From assembly GCF_964194025.1 (NCBI RefSeq), contig NC_134468.1, positions 83,824,001-83,888,000 on the forward strand: 64,000 nt of DNA, in the 5' to 3' direction. Positions 50,300 to 63,568 of the stretch are shown piece after piece; position 1 is the first letter of the stretch; the number at the start of each line of letters is the position of its first letter. The position numbers were made by a program, and so were the translations under genes. The notes beneath the pieces are model-generated. The model made no database searches. It was not told where the DNA came from and was given only the letters and a program-made list of their open reading frames with translations. Source of the DNA: Convolutriloba macropyga. Taxonomy: Eukaryota.

Positions 50300-51480
50300 G
50301 TTGTTATCCACTATTTCGTCTCGCGATGTCCTTGAGTTGACTCGATGACTGGTGCTTCGTCTTTCTCGGCAAAGTTCTCAATCATCAGGGTGGTAAAAGC
50401 TGCGTTTTCCGCTTTCTGACGTTTAAGATTGTAATGCGCTTGGGCTGTCTCGGCCCGGTGTCCCAAGTGTTGATGTGCTCGCTCACGGTCAATTGGGTTA
50501 CTTACCTTCTCGCAGATTTGTTATAAGCTTTCGATAGATGGTCGAATTGAACATCAGTTTTTGAAATCCGTGCTGGATTAGGATGCTGGCATGAAATCGG
50601 CTACAAAATTGTTTTCGATAATCATATGATAGGTTTTCTTTGGCGTCGAATGGCGCAAATAGAAAAATGTGTTCTTTCTCCATTTTTGTTCTGACGTCTT
50701 TGAACTTCAGAATTAATTTCAGCTCCGATTTTTTCACTACTTGGAATCTTATTCCATCACAAAAAAGTTTGAATGTGATTTTTCGAGCAAATTCACTATT
50801 TTTTGCCGTCTCTCTCTTTCAGCGGGTCATTTTCTTACCGACATTTTAGATTTCGGTGCGAATTGAATAGCGAAACGGTCGGTTGCTGCCGAATAGATAA
50901 GATTAGATTCATCAAGATATTCAGTTCGAATTGTTGTGACGGTTCCACTTCTGGATGCGTTTCGGAAAATGATCATGGCAACCAGGTTAATAATAACTAG
51001 AGTAAAATCTTTTCTGTCCAGTTCTTGCACCTCGTTCTTCAATTTGTTTTACAAGTACGCAACTACGGCTTTGTTCAGTTTTTTTACTTCCTCCATGGTT
51101 GGTAACATGTTTGCTGTTGCCCTCTTTGCGATTCGTTGCCTCGCTTTTTCCCCTTTTTGTTCGCGTCTAATGAGCTGGTCAATTTGTCCAATAAAGACTG
51201 GAAAATTTACTAAATTTGAATTAGAGGCTATTGATGGGCACAAAAATTCGTTAAGGAACACTTTCAAAAGATGCAAACTATTTCGCCTTGTTGTAGCTGC
51301 TCTCATTTGAGGGTACGAATCTAACCATTGTGAAATTTTGGTTGCATTTTGCAGCTCTTTTGTTGGAATAATGGCTTCACGAAGTCTTTTAGTACGTTCG
51401 TTGACATTTGATAACTTCCAGTCATGTTGCTTTCCTTCAATTATATCTTTTCGCATTTGCTGTTCGTATTCTGTAAACAA
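50300..51480 (-). pseudogene. Tyrosine recombinase, frameshifted
   Basis: Catalytic motifs in the expected order: MIIFRNASRSGTV (first Arg), FNSTIYRKLIT (xxR), and after a frameshift HQHLGHRAETAQAHY (His...Tyr) at ~50430-50475. Confidence 0.85.
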
Positions 51481-54455
51481 TGAATTGAAATCACCCTTCC
51501 TTCTGGAATCTTTTAACGTTTGAGGTATCTACTCTATTGAGAGGTATCTACTCTAGCTTGATCAAAAATGAAGTTTGGGAGATCGGAAATTGTGATGATT
51601 GGTTTTTCAAACAAAATCGGCTCGTGATTATTTGATGCCCGGTTGCATTTGTGTCGGAATTTCTGGTCGCATAGTTCATTACACTGCACACAAAGATAGT
51701 ATTTGTTTCGATTTTTACCAGGATGTGTCCTTTTTGAATGACTTTTAGAATTTTTGGATCATTCAAGGAATGAACTCAGTCCTAATGTCTTTTCATTGTG
51801 TGTTTGTTAAACCAAGTCCTTCATAAAAAAAGTGACATTTGAACATTTTTTCACAGTCGTCAGACTCCTGGCTTGGTGCACTTTCAGTTTGGGTTTCATT
51901 TTCGTCCGTTTCTGATTGTGTTGATCGCTCTGAACTGCTAGATCTCATATCTCTCATGCGTTTTCGATCACGACAAATCTCGAATAAGGTAGGGCTTCTG
52001 TTTACACCTTTAAACATCGATTTAGACGGTCCAGGAATATCAGAAGGCTGTTTTGCATTTTGTTGAAGTCTTTTCAGTTTCTTCTTTGTCTTCTGGGTAT
52101 ATAGTATGGATAAAATACTGATTGAATGTGATGAACTGATTGAATGTGATGTCGCATATCAATGAAATAATGTTTTTTTGAAATTTTGACGCAATGCATG
52201 CAGCCAATCAGAAAAGGTATTCGTTTACCGTTTTTAAAGAACGGTTTCACTTTGAATGCTTTGTTGGGGCAGCATAGTTGATGATCGATAAATTCTTCAA
52301 GAAAGTACAATGGCATTTCACAGTAGAGGCAAAATCCCTGAAGATTTCCAAATTCGTCCGGTACAGCATCTCTTTCATGTCTGGTTTCCTGAATCTTCCG
52401 CTGAATCTTCGTTTCCATTTTCTCATACAACTGTTGATAACGCTGCTTGGTTTTTCCAGGTTTCAGGTTTTTCTTGCTCCTTGACTCGTTTCCGGGGTGA
52501 TGGTCCTCATCGTCGTCATCTGCCTTGTTGTGTTTTTTGCTTTCCTTATTTCGTGGGTTTTTTAAATCAAAAGCAATCAAAAGGTGACCATCTTTATCAC
52601 ACTTCGGTTGTCTCCAGATTACAGAACTTGAAGTCGGAATTGTTTGCATCTCGCTCGTTTCTTGGTTTTGTGGTAGGGTCGTGGTTGAAGTCTTTGACCA
52701 AAAAGTTGATGGCTTTTTCGTTAACTCTGGCATACTGATAGGTTAACTATTAATCGTTGCTGTTGGTTTTCGTGTAAGCTCTGTTAAGTTGCCTTGAACA
52801 TTTGTTTTCGTCACATCGACATTCTGATTGTTGCATCGCCATGGAAGATCGTTCCCACCGTAATCATAAACCAATTCCTCGTCCTTTTGGATCTCGGTTA
52901 AGGCAATGAATTTTAGCTTGATCAAAAATGAAGTTTGGGAGATCGGAAATTGTGATGCTGCTTTCCTTCAATTATATCCTTTCGCATTTGCTGTTCGTAT
53001 TCTGTAAACAATGAATTGAAATCATCCTTCCTTCTGGAATCTTTTACACTTTTGAGGTATCTACTCGTTTGAGAGGTATCTACTCTAGCTTGATCAAAAA
53101 TGAAGTTTGGGAGATCGGAAATTGTGATGATTGGTTTTTCAAACCAAATCGGCTCGTGATTATTTGATGCCCGGTTGTATTTGTGTCGGAATTTCTGGTC
53201 GCATAGTTCATTACACCGCACACAAAGATAGTAATTGTTTTTGTTTCGATTTTTTAGCAGGATGTGCCCTTTTTGAATGACTTTTAGAATTTTTGGATCA
53301 TTCAAAGAATGAACTCAGTCCTAATGTCTTTTCATTGTGTTTGTTAAACCAAGTCCTTCATAAAAAAGTGACATTTGAACATTTTTTCACAGTCGTCAGA
53401 CTCCTGGCTTGGAGCACTTTCAGTTTGGGTTTCATTTTCGTCCGTTTCTGATTGTGTTGATCGCTCTGAACTGCTAGATCTCATATCTCTCATGCGTTTT
53501 CGATCACGACAAATCTCGAATAAGGTAGGGCTTCTGTTTACACCTTTAAACATCGATTTAGACGGTCCAGGAATATCAGAAGGCTGGTTTGCATTTTGTT
53601 GAAGTCTTTTTTCAGTTTCTTCTTTGTCTTCTGGGTATATAGTATAGATAAAATACTGATTGAATGTGATGAACTGATTGAATGTGATGTCGCATATCAA
53701 TGAAATAATGTTTTTTTTTTGAAATTTTGACGCAATGCATGCAGCCAATCAGAAAAGGTATTCGTTTACCGTTTTTAAAGAACGGTTTCACTTTGAATGC
53801 TTTGTTGGGGCAGCATGGTTGATGATCGATAAATTCTTCAAGAAAGTACAATGGCATTTCACAGTAGAGGCAAAATACCTGAAGATTTCCAAATTCGTCC
53901 GGTACAGCATCTCTTTCATGTCTGGTTTCCTGAATCTTCCGCTGAATCTTCGTTTCCATTTTCTCATACAACTGTTGATAACGCTGCTTGGTTTTTCCAG
54001 GTTTCAGGTTTTTCTTGCTCCTTAACTCGTTTCCGGGGTGATGGTCCTCATCGTCGTCATCTGCCTCGTTGTGTTTTTTGCTTTCCTTATTTCGTGGGTT
54101 TTTTAAATCAAAAGCAATCAAAACGTGACCATCTTTATCACACTTCGGTTGTCTCCAGATTACAGAACTTGAAGTCGGAATTGTTTGCATCTCGCTCGTT
54201 TCTTGGTTTTGTGGTAGGGTCGTGGTTGAAGTCTTTGACCCAAAAGTTGATGGCTTTTTCGTTAACTCTGGCATACTGATAGGTTGACTATTAATCGTTG
54301 CTGTTGGTTTTCGTGTAAGCTCTGTTAAGTTGCCTTGAACATTTGTTTTCGTCACATCGACATTCTTATTGTTGCATCGCCATGGAAGATCGTTCCCACC
54401 GTAATCATAAAACAATTCCTCGTCCTTTTGGATCTCGGTTAAGGCAATGAATTTT
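51425..54455. repeat. ~1.53-kb direct tandem duplication inside the element (Zn-finger/linker region)
   Basis: ORF pairs 52074-52733 / 53612-54415 and 51793-52017 / 53344-53748 are nearly identical over their shared parts. Confidence 0.95.
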
Positions 54456-54790
54456 CTGTTTTTGTTTCAATTTATCGGTATGAATTCTAGGCGCAATGTT
54501 GGGTCTTCTCCCAATTCCACAATCGTTTATGAGTCTTGCAAACCCCTCTGAGTTTTTTCCGTCGATGTAAAATTTCCACGACTTGTTGAAGAAGATGTAA
54601 TCGATGTCGTTTTGACTTGACTTTGCTTGAAATTGCGCGAGGATAAAAAAAACGAGCATTTTTTGTCCATTTAGGTGCGTTTATGCCTTCTAGAAGCACT
54701 GGCCCTAAAAATTTTTGTGAACACCAGATGAGTTGACCACCTTACCAGGATATTCTAATAACAAATCATATATGGTTGCAAAGCTACTGA
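54385..54790 (-). pseudogene. SET domain (lysine methyltransferase-like), frameshifted
   Basis: LLLEYPGKVV, YIDGKNSEGFARLINDC...PN and FIALTEIQKDEELxYDYGGNDLPWR; the last segment is repeated at 52835-52915. Confidence 0.88.
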
Positions 54791-56137
54791 GCTGTAGTTT
54801 ACGTAGATATAAAAAAATTGACAATAAACTGGGCACTATTTCAAATCTAGGCCAGAACTCATTTTTTGGAAAGGTGACTTTGTCTTTCATGGCAAATTTT
54901 CTCAACAAATATGGGTCCAAAAGCAACAATATATAGCTCATTTTAAAGATTATGAAACATACTTGGCTCTCGTGCAATAAAAAATAGGTTTTTACAAGCT
55001 TTTTTGTGGACTTTCCACTTAGTGAGCTGTATGCAATGTTTGCCAAATAAACGCAGCAACTTGTGGTCATGAACAATTTTTTTGGCTATAATAATGTAGT
55101 AATGACCTAGGGGGCTGCAAATTGGAATTTTTCCTGACCCGAACCGTTGCCTGTTTATCAAAAAGTGGCTTAAAAGTTGATCTATGACGAATTTTAAAAA
55201 AAGTCCGAACTCCCCGAAATTTTTTCGAAGTTGAGCTCCAATAAGTCAACAAATACTGAACCCATTTTGTTGATATATAGATTGTTGTAAAGCTTGATTA
55301 AAACTCTACGACAGATTCAAAGGATTTTGCTCTTTCTTGCAGAGAAGTTATTGAAATGACCTCCAGAACGCGAAGTGGTCCGATCTTCGCTATACCAGAA
55401 ACGGACCACGAGGGTAACGTTCCCCTAAACCGTAAAAAGTGCAACTTATCGCCCGAATTTGTTAAAACAAATAGCATGGTTGAATTCCTCGTCGAAAAAT
55501 AGCCAGATATGCCAAGTTTCAGTATCGGGGATTTGCTCCTTGTTATCAAAGTACAATCTGCGTAATTAGGTCAGGTCGCATTGTAACTTCGGATTTTTGG
55601 GGTTCAGTGAGAAGTGATATTTTTTTAGGGGGAACCGATATAATGATATATATGGCTGTAAAGCTCTGTTCAAAAGAAGAACAATGAGCCAAACCCTAAC
55701 TCGATCCGTCCACTAGAAGTGGAGATATGAACAAAAAAGTTACCGGTTTTAGGGGAGCAAAATTTTGGCTAATTTGAGGCACTTCCCGTGCGATTTTCTT
55801 AAATGAAACCGGTATCTGCGTTCTCCTCTCAAGCAACCCTGTAGAACCTGCTAACAAAAGCACAAATTTATTAGTTAGTTTTTGAGAAAAACGTTCCCCT
55901 AAAGTGGCTCGAATTCGGACCCTCGCGAAATCGGATGACCAAATATCGTCATCTAATGCTCCCTTCGTCCTGGGAAAGTGGAGGGTAGGCTTATTTTTCA
56001 ATGCTGAGTTGACCGAAGGTAGGTTCAGCTCACAGAACCCACAGGAAGTGGTCGAAAACTTTGACATGCAGAAATTCCCGACCCTACTCAGTTTCGGACC
56101 ATGTTTAGGATTTAGATGCTAATTTTTTCTATCACGG

Positions 56138-57013
56138 TCATGTGAAATTGCTCCAAAAATTGAATAAGTTTGATGTCAGTGACTTGGAAAGGATGTTCAA
56201 AAGTGCATGCATGTTTTCACTCCCTAGATGAACCGAACCTCTGGCAGAAGACTCGTTAGGAAACATTTCATATCGTTGAAAGGAGCGTAAGTCAACGCAA
56301 CTCTGCATGTATTGCTCTTTCCAGATTCCAGTGGGGCCAATACTACTCATTTTACCCAATCCATTGTCATTTAGCACGTTTGTTTTCTTTTTAACCTTCT
56401 CTGCAATCAATGTATTCGGTGGAAGACGTTGCTGGATGATTGCGGGTCTCAAAATCGATTTTGGTATCCGATGTATACCCCGAACGTCCTGCAACGATAG
56501 AGGCAGGTTGTTCAAATTGAGTCGGCGAAGTTGATCATACATGGATTCCTGAGAGCCAAGAGCAATAGAGCTAGAAAGTGGAGAAAAGAACAGTGGCATC
56601 TTGTATCACTAGTAAATTTGAAACGCGCCAAAGTATTCACAGAAGCAAGCAATTTCGCTGAAAAGGTATAAGTTCTATCTGGCAAAACGAGCTCTCTGTC
56701 AGCGTAAAGCTCATTAAATTTTAGAACAGATATTTGTGAATAGATCTGCAGGTCTTAAAAACTAGCAAAATTGATTATGAAGAAATTTTATAACATTTAT
56801 TGCAGAGCTACTTTTGAATACAACTTCAGGAAACTTGATAACAATCTGAAGATAACCACGTCTCGCATAAGGGAAAGCGTTCATTGGAGCTCTCGAGAAT
56901 TTGTCGTAGATTAACCGCTTTAGGAGTGATGGCTTTTCCAGTCGGAAAAACTTCCAGCTCAGACAATGCTCCAGCTCTTAGTTTGACTTTCTTCCCTAGT
57001 TTGACTTCTTCTG
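56138..57013 (-). CDS. Putative spliced gene of unknown function (exons ~57013-56860 and 56570-56138)
   Basis: Two open segments joined in phase 2 across a GT...TTTCTAG intron; no recognisable domain. Confidence 0.4.
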
Positions 57014-60000
57014 CTGGTTACAAAATAAAGTAACGACCGTTTTTTTCTCTGTATCTAAATAATTAGCTGGAAAATTGAAGACTTCAGCCAATTTAGATCT
57101 CTCAAAATAGCATAAATCAATTTTGAAAATGTGAAACTAAAAGCAGAAAAGAGTATTCTGCAGTTGTTTTTGCAAGCAATTTTTTTATTTCAACATAGCT
57201 AAATAATTTAATATTCTCAAAATTTTGGAGACTTAAAAAACCAGTTTCATGAAATGAACAAATCAACCAAAAACATTACTAAAAGGTATGATGGCATTCT
57301 TTTCTTATCTTTTCATTTGTATTCTTTATGTCAGAGCAGATTGCGTTAATTTCCATAATCTTAATTTCCATAAGTTTCAGTTTAAGGCGTTCTTTTCTGG
57401 ATTTTCAATTGAATAATTTTGTTAGGTTACCTAGGTACCTTGTGTGATGTGTAAACCAAAAATTATGGAACTAACTTCAAAGCTGACCGTCCGTAAAATT
57501 TTTCGTGTTGTGAACGTTTCTCATTTAAAAGTGCTTCATTCTTTGCTTCGAGGGAGTGCTATAAAATTTATTCTTTGGTTATAAACAAATTCTTTTGTTT
57601 TTTTTTATTTTAGTAAATTGTCACAGCGAGATATGAAAAATTACATTTGTATGTGAAGATTGAATTATTTTATGTGCTGAATGATATTTAATTGTTTCCA
57701 TAATTTTCTCATTAAATAGTTTAGAATTGAATTATTTAAAAGCTAATCTTTTTCAGAAACTCTCTGTGTCTTCAAATCTTAGCTCAAGCATCTCAGATGT
57801 CAGTAGTATTTATTGAAGGTCATTACCTGATGTGGCTTGTAAATGCCGTCTAGATAAGAGGATTTTGGTTTAGAAACGGTTGACCATTCAATATTGAGGG
57901 ATCTTTTCTGCTATGGTTTGAAAGTATAGTATTTCAACAAAACTTTGTTGCATATAATGTACTCATCAATAAAAATTTCTGTGCTCGATCATTTTTGATG
58001 TTATCAGCTAGCTACATTAAGAGCTCGGCAATTTCCGATTTTTTTTTAAAAAAAAGTTCTAAAAGTGCCTTAAATCTACCCAGACGCTCTTGTTGCTATG
58101 AAATGCAATTATCGCTTTGCATTCCGCGAAAACTTTTGGGGGTGCAAAAATAACGGCTATATAGGGCGGGGTGGGGGGGGCAGAAAAGGTCCATTATTTT
58201 ACTCTGTTGTTAAAAGACTATTTAGAATAAAATATATTTTCCAAGTTTTAATTGAAAAATTACTTCATTTGGCCATGCCTCGGTAGATTGTGGGACATAA
58301 ATATTAGTGGATTTGGTATTAAAATATCGTAACCGAACATGAGAGCAAGTTATAAAACATGGTTGTAGTACCAACTGCTAATTTGTAATCGAATAATTGA
58401 ACGAAAAGATCAAAAGGAATACATTGGGTATGATTGTACATTGGGTATTCTGGCAGCGGGTAAATTGTCATGTAACCAGTTTTAAGCTTTTAAAATTTTC
58501 TGTATGCAAACAAATAATAGCAGAAAATACTGTTCCTCATAGATGTGTTTTAATCAAGATAGATGTTCAATAATGAAAGGAATTTGGATCAAGTCGACAG
58601 TTGCTTGAAGCGATGCTGAGCTTTTTCGGGTAATTTTCAATATTTTCAGGTTGGGTTTTGTTGTGGACTTCTGGTTGACGATTATGAGTATCTAAGTGAC
58701 CAATCCGGACTGCAGCATTGGCTAAGGAGAGTTTACAACGCCTGAATATCTAGCTGAACTAATTCTTGAGAATTAATTACTGCAGACATTTTACAGGTAA
58801 GGCATTTGCTCTGTTTAATAGCTCCGATTGCGATTCCGATTGCGGTAAGGGAGCTAGCTATTATTGGCCTTCTCTTTTTGTTATAATCAAAGATTTAATC
58901 ATAATTCAAAGCATCAGTGCACTGTCTGATTGTCTCGAAGGCGAGTATTGTTTTTTTTACAGGAAGCATTGGTTTTCTTTACCCCAACACGAGAATTATC
59001 AATAGTTTCAATGCTACTACAGCTCCTTAGTTGCTTTTAAAGTTTACTACTTTTTCTTAGTGCTTTTTCACGGCATTTAAATTCTTACAATTATTCATTA
59101 TTGAACTACTCTTTGGATTATGTTACTAAGTGAAGACAATGGAGCTTTCGATGTACCATTTTTGCTGAAATAAGTTTAAAATATCTTTTACTAGTTTTAT
59201 TCTGGTTTAACATTTCTACTAAATAAAAGTACTCAATTATTGCCGTCTTGTGTGCCGTATATGTCAACTCTTGCATGAGTTATTTGATTTTTTAAGGTCG
59301 TCTTCGACCTTGACTTCGCAACATTTGGCAGCTGAGCGTAATCTGCGGCATTTCACTAATAAAAAAGAACAAGGAGGCTCGGCAATGAGCATTAGCACAT
59401 AATGTTCCTAACCCGCTCGGTCACGTTTATGACTGAATTGACCACCAAATGAGATCGAAAACTTTCAAAAATTCGTTTGTTCGGAAACAATCGTTTTACA
59501 CTTAAGAAACGCTTTAGCTCTAACCACTATACAAATGAAACAAAAATTCCTTATATAGGGCCGATAATAACTGCCATTAAGGAGCCTAAGAGACAAGACA
59601 AACAACAAAATCAAATAAAAACAACAAGAATTACTTACGACCAAATCCGTGTCTGTCCATTATTGAACCAAACCGAATGAATTGCGTTCCACCAGAAAAG
59701 ATATGGGACCTGTCTTTATTGAGAATAATTAACAAGTAGACAGAAAACAAAAAGGGGCAAAGTTAGAAAATCCGTTTGCTCTTTTGAAAATAATTAATTT
59801 CAAAGTCAGGAAAGGAATTAGCTATCAGCTGAAATCATTCAGTGGCTGCATCTATAATTCGAACAAAACCATTGAGAGCTGTCATAATCCAGAATTTCAT
59901 ACGGCTACGAAAACAAGGAAAGACCAAAATCAAAAAGTCATTTCAATTTTGCGAGGAAAAGGTGTCAAAACATCAGACCAAAATCTGTTCACTAACAATA

Positions 60001-61202
60001 ATGAAATTAATCAATTGCGCCCTATTTCGAAGAAGCAATTGTGATGTGCAACTTTTCATTAATGGGCCATTAAATTGATAATCGGTCAAGACAGCAAAAG
60101 AAAACCTCAAAAATTGGAGAGCCTCAAAAAATGTAAAAATGAAAACTCGTTGTATCAACCAAAAAACTTCATTTAATGAAAAAAACACCAATTAGAACTA
60201 CATTATAATTCAGTTGATAAAGAACGAGGGCTCTATCTTTATTGAGTCTACGCTAAAAGGTTACCGAAATAAAAATGGAAAAAAATGACAACGATTTTTA
60301 AAACCTTAAGACATTACAATCGTAAGCTTTCAACTACAAAATGGTAAAAGTTTAAATTTTAACTGCTCTGGAAACCAATTGTACATGTAATTAGTGAGAC
60401 TAAGTCAAAAGACCACACATTAACACAGTACAGGCAGAATTCAAATATTCTTGAATAATTTTATGCAAACGGTGTTGAAGCCAAAATCACATATGCTTTT
60501 TACTGAAATTGTTTTTTATGCTCGTCGGCCTCCCCAAACACGTAAATTCGACTTTTCAATTACTGAGGTTTGATTTGAAATCATTCTGGTCTTTAACTAA
60601 CATAAAAAAACAAAAATCAAAGGTTTCAAAAAATGTATACAACAACCCATTAAAATCAAAATAGTTTTGAACTGTTAAATTCCGCAACTAGTCCAAAACT
60701 AGCCTAGCCTTTGCTGCTTCTCATTTAAACAGAAAAATTGTTAATTTCATCGAAATGGCTAATCTGACCAAAAAGTCATTATATCAAAAAAGGTAGATTT
60801 ATATCCAGTTATTTTTACATAAGTATTATGTATCAACTGAAGTCATTATATAGTTTCTTTAATAGCTCCCTAGCTCAGAAATTCTTTTTTCAAAAATTAA
60901 GGTTACTGTTTGTCAAGCCATAAAAACCATGAGCTTTGCTCGTAAAACACTCTTGTTTCATTGGACCTTATTGCAAAATCAGAGGAACTTTTATTAATTG
61001 AACCTTTAATTGAAAAAAAGACTCGCTTTTTATTGGGATGAAAGACAATTCTAAGTGATCTGTAGAAGGGATCTATTCCGTGCCAGCAACGACTCTCAGT
61101 ATCAAGGTGGCTCTAAACTAAATCGCAATGTAGAATTTAGCGCGTCAACATTTATCTGATCAATTATCCTTATTTTCAGCGTGATTTGTGTCACAATAAT
61201 AT

Positions 61203-61398
61203 ATGAAAATGGATGGACAGCTCGAAGTAGATTGTCTAAATGATCAAAGTGAGACATCAAGTAGAAAGAGAAGGTTGCCTGAACAGTACCCAGCCTTCGC
61301 TGCCATCCTGTCTTTCCTGACAAACTACTCTCTCCTCCTGGGCTGTGTGGGTGAAATCAACTTCACAAGGCTATCTGAGTGGTTCCAATCCCATTCAC
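61203..61398 (+). CDS. RSF1: Remodeling and spacing factor 1, coding exon 1 (DDT region)
   Basis: YPAFAAILSFLTNYSLLLG resembles the RSF1 N-terminus; C|GTAAGG donor. Confidence 0.8.
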
Positions 61399-61500
61399 GT
61401 AAGGAATGATGCATGGATTGTTTTATCCATCCTTGTTAACAGAAATCAGTTTGGTTCAGCCGAAACCTCTCGTTACTAAATCCTGGTCAAGGCAAAAAAA

Positions 61501-61800
61501 AATCTTGTGATATCTTTCATAAAAGTTCTTGCAGAAATATTGTTATATCGTGCATAAAAGTTTGCATAAATCTTGTGATATCTTGCATAGAAGTTCTTGC
61601 AGAAATATTGTTATATCGTGCATAAAAGTTTGCATAAATCTTGTGATATCTTGCATAGAAGTTCTTGCAGAAATATTGTTATATCGTGCATAAAAGTTTG
61701 CATAAATCTTGTGATATCTTGCATAGAAGTTCTTGCAGAAATATTGTTATATCGTGCATAAAAGTTTGCATAAATCTTGTGATATCTTGCATAAAAGTTA
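61501..61800. repeat. 68-bp minisatellite, about 4.4 units, in RSF1 intron 1
   Basis: AATCTTGTGATATCTT recurs every 68 bp from 61501. Confidence 0.95.
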
Positions 61801-62059
61801 AGCGCACAAAAAGTTCACCATGATTGTTGTTGTGGAAAAGTTTATCTTGCAAAGTTCTTGAAAACCAACCTTAAATAATTGTATGCAAATCAACGTCTGA
61901 ATTCTAGACTTACTCTGTAGTTCCGTGTGTCGTGAATTGTACAAGCTACAGTAGGAATTTTTCATGAATCTCAACTTTGCAATCGTGAAAAGGGACTCAT
62001 GAAACTCAAATGGACTAAAAATTTATTTGAGTTGATCAGAGCTGATTTAAATGCTTTAG

Positions 62060-62247
62060 CTATTGGGGATGACTTCATCGACTTTTGTGTGAATCTTCTA
62101 AAGCGGCTGAACAGACGAGCGAATAAAGACAACTGGCAGGAACAGCTGTCCGTCATTTTCAGCCGACACTCCGAAGTGGACTCTTGGATTCTTAGATGCT
62201 CAGGGTTTCGCAAACTCAATCTACAAAGCCGACTTAATGTATTTAAG
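62060..62247 (+). CDS. RSF1: RSF1 exon 2
   Basis: FIDFCVNLLKRLNRRANKDNWQEQL...SRLNVFK aligns by eye to RSF1 DDT/WHIM1; phase-1 acceptor CTTTAG; AAG|GTGCGT donor. Confidence 0.8.
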
Positions 62248-63362
62248 GTGCGTAATCAGTGCATATGCTAAATGAGAACAGCTGGTATCCAATCATAGGA
62301 AATATTTTGAATATACCGAGCGGACATATTGTTCAAGTTCGGAAAGCTTCTTCGAATCTGTATTTGCAGTGTTTGTGGAGCCTGTGTTGTACACATCAGC
62401 GCCTTGTTCTTGACCTATCAACGCTTTAATAATACTGATATCTATTTTTCTTTGTAGATAGAATTTTTTTCGCATAATGATAATGCTAAAATGTTGCTCA
62501 ATCGGAAAAAACTCGAAAAATCATTAAAGGGCAATCTAGCGAAGCCAAATAAATTTAAACCATTTTATATTTCGCCGCTTTTGATTGGTTGCAAACATAA
62601 ACACTGAAAAATATCTAACCTTGACCTTTTTTGTATTGCTTAGTTTACAATATACATTGTCATAGCTACTTTAATCGGATTTTAATAATACGATATTATT
62701 GCCTAAATTAAGTTTCCATAACTATACTAGTGGTGATATTAGTGGCCGACAATACTAATATATATAAGTACATTATATTCTAACTACATCGTAGGATTTT
62801 TGATAATTGTGATTTCTGCGTATTAGCAGCGGAACAGCATTTCCCCACATTTCAGACTGTTCTTTTCATTAGCAGAATTGCTCTTTTTTGGTGCCCTTAA
62901 ATTGCCCCTTTTTACGTCTAAGACTTTCACGTAGTAAGATTATTGCAACCAAAATTGGTCAGGCTATGGTCAACGTGAAGGTTCACGGAGGCGGGGAATT
63001 TATATTTCAATCACTGGCGAGTGAATCGAACAACTTACCTCTTGGCTATCACGCCTTCGAATACTGAAAGTACTGAATGGGAAATATTGAAGTAATAATT
63101 TAAATGAGACCTGTGTTTTAAGGTATATTTTCCAGTTCTATTATTCTACTACACCTCCTTTGAAAAGAAAAGAATTTATATCTTGGACATGATTGCACAT
63201 ATACAAATATTAGATATATGTACCATGTCACAAGTGGACTCGCACGGAATCATGTTGATTCTCTATTGCAGCAAGCCCAATTTTCAACTCAGAATTTGAG
63301 TTAAATAGCGTCACTTGTCGTTCGAGAGCGATTTGTGCGACATTAGTTGGTTTGTGTTTTAG

Positions 63363-63568
63363 TATGTACTTGAAAAGCAGTTCGACAGCAATGAGAAGTT
63401 CCGCCAGTTGGTCGAGACTCTGCCATGTGAGGACATGCGAGTGTTACCTGTGGGGAGTGACGAGAGGGGACATATCTACTGGTACTTCCAAGACTCAAAG
63501 TTAAATCTCCTCTTGTACAGGGAAGAACAGGAAGACGAAGGAGAGACCAGCTTCACTCTACTCGCAAG
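63363..63568 (+). CDS. RSF1: RSF1 exon 3 (WHIM/WSD region); the gene continues beyond the window
   Basis: YVLEKQFDSNEKF...MRVLPVGSDERGHIYWY...LYREEQEDE matches the RSF1 QFDxNxKF / RxxPxGxDxxGxxYWY pattern. Not in the supplied ORF track. Confidence 0.88.

Larger units (their letters stand above)
48215..56112 (-). mobile_element. Crypton-like DNA element encoding decayed SET + Zn finger + tyrosine recombinase
   Basis: See the internal features; boundaries defined by homology to the copy at 18100-25465 and by inverted TAAACATGGT.CG termini. Confidence 0.8.

Noticed and set aside
61921-62059. Alternative RSF1 acceptor at 61920
   Set aside because: The phase-1 join hits TGA within ~16 codons; the acceptor at 62059 gives the homologous frame.
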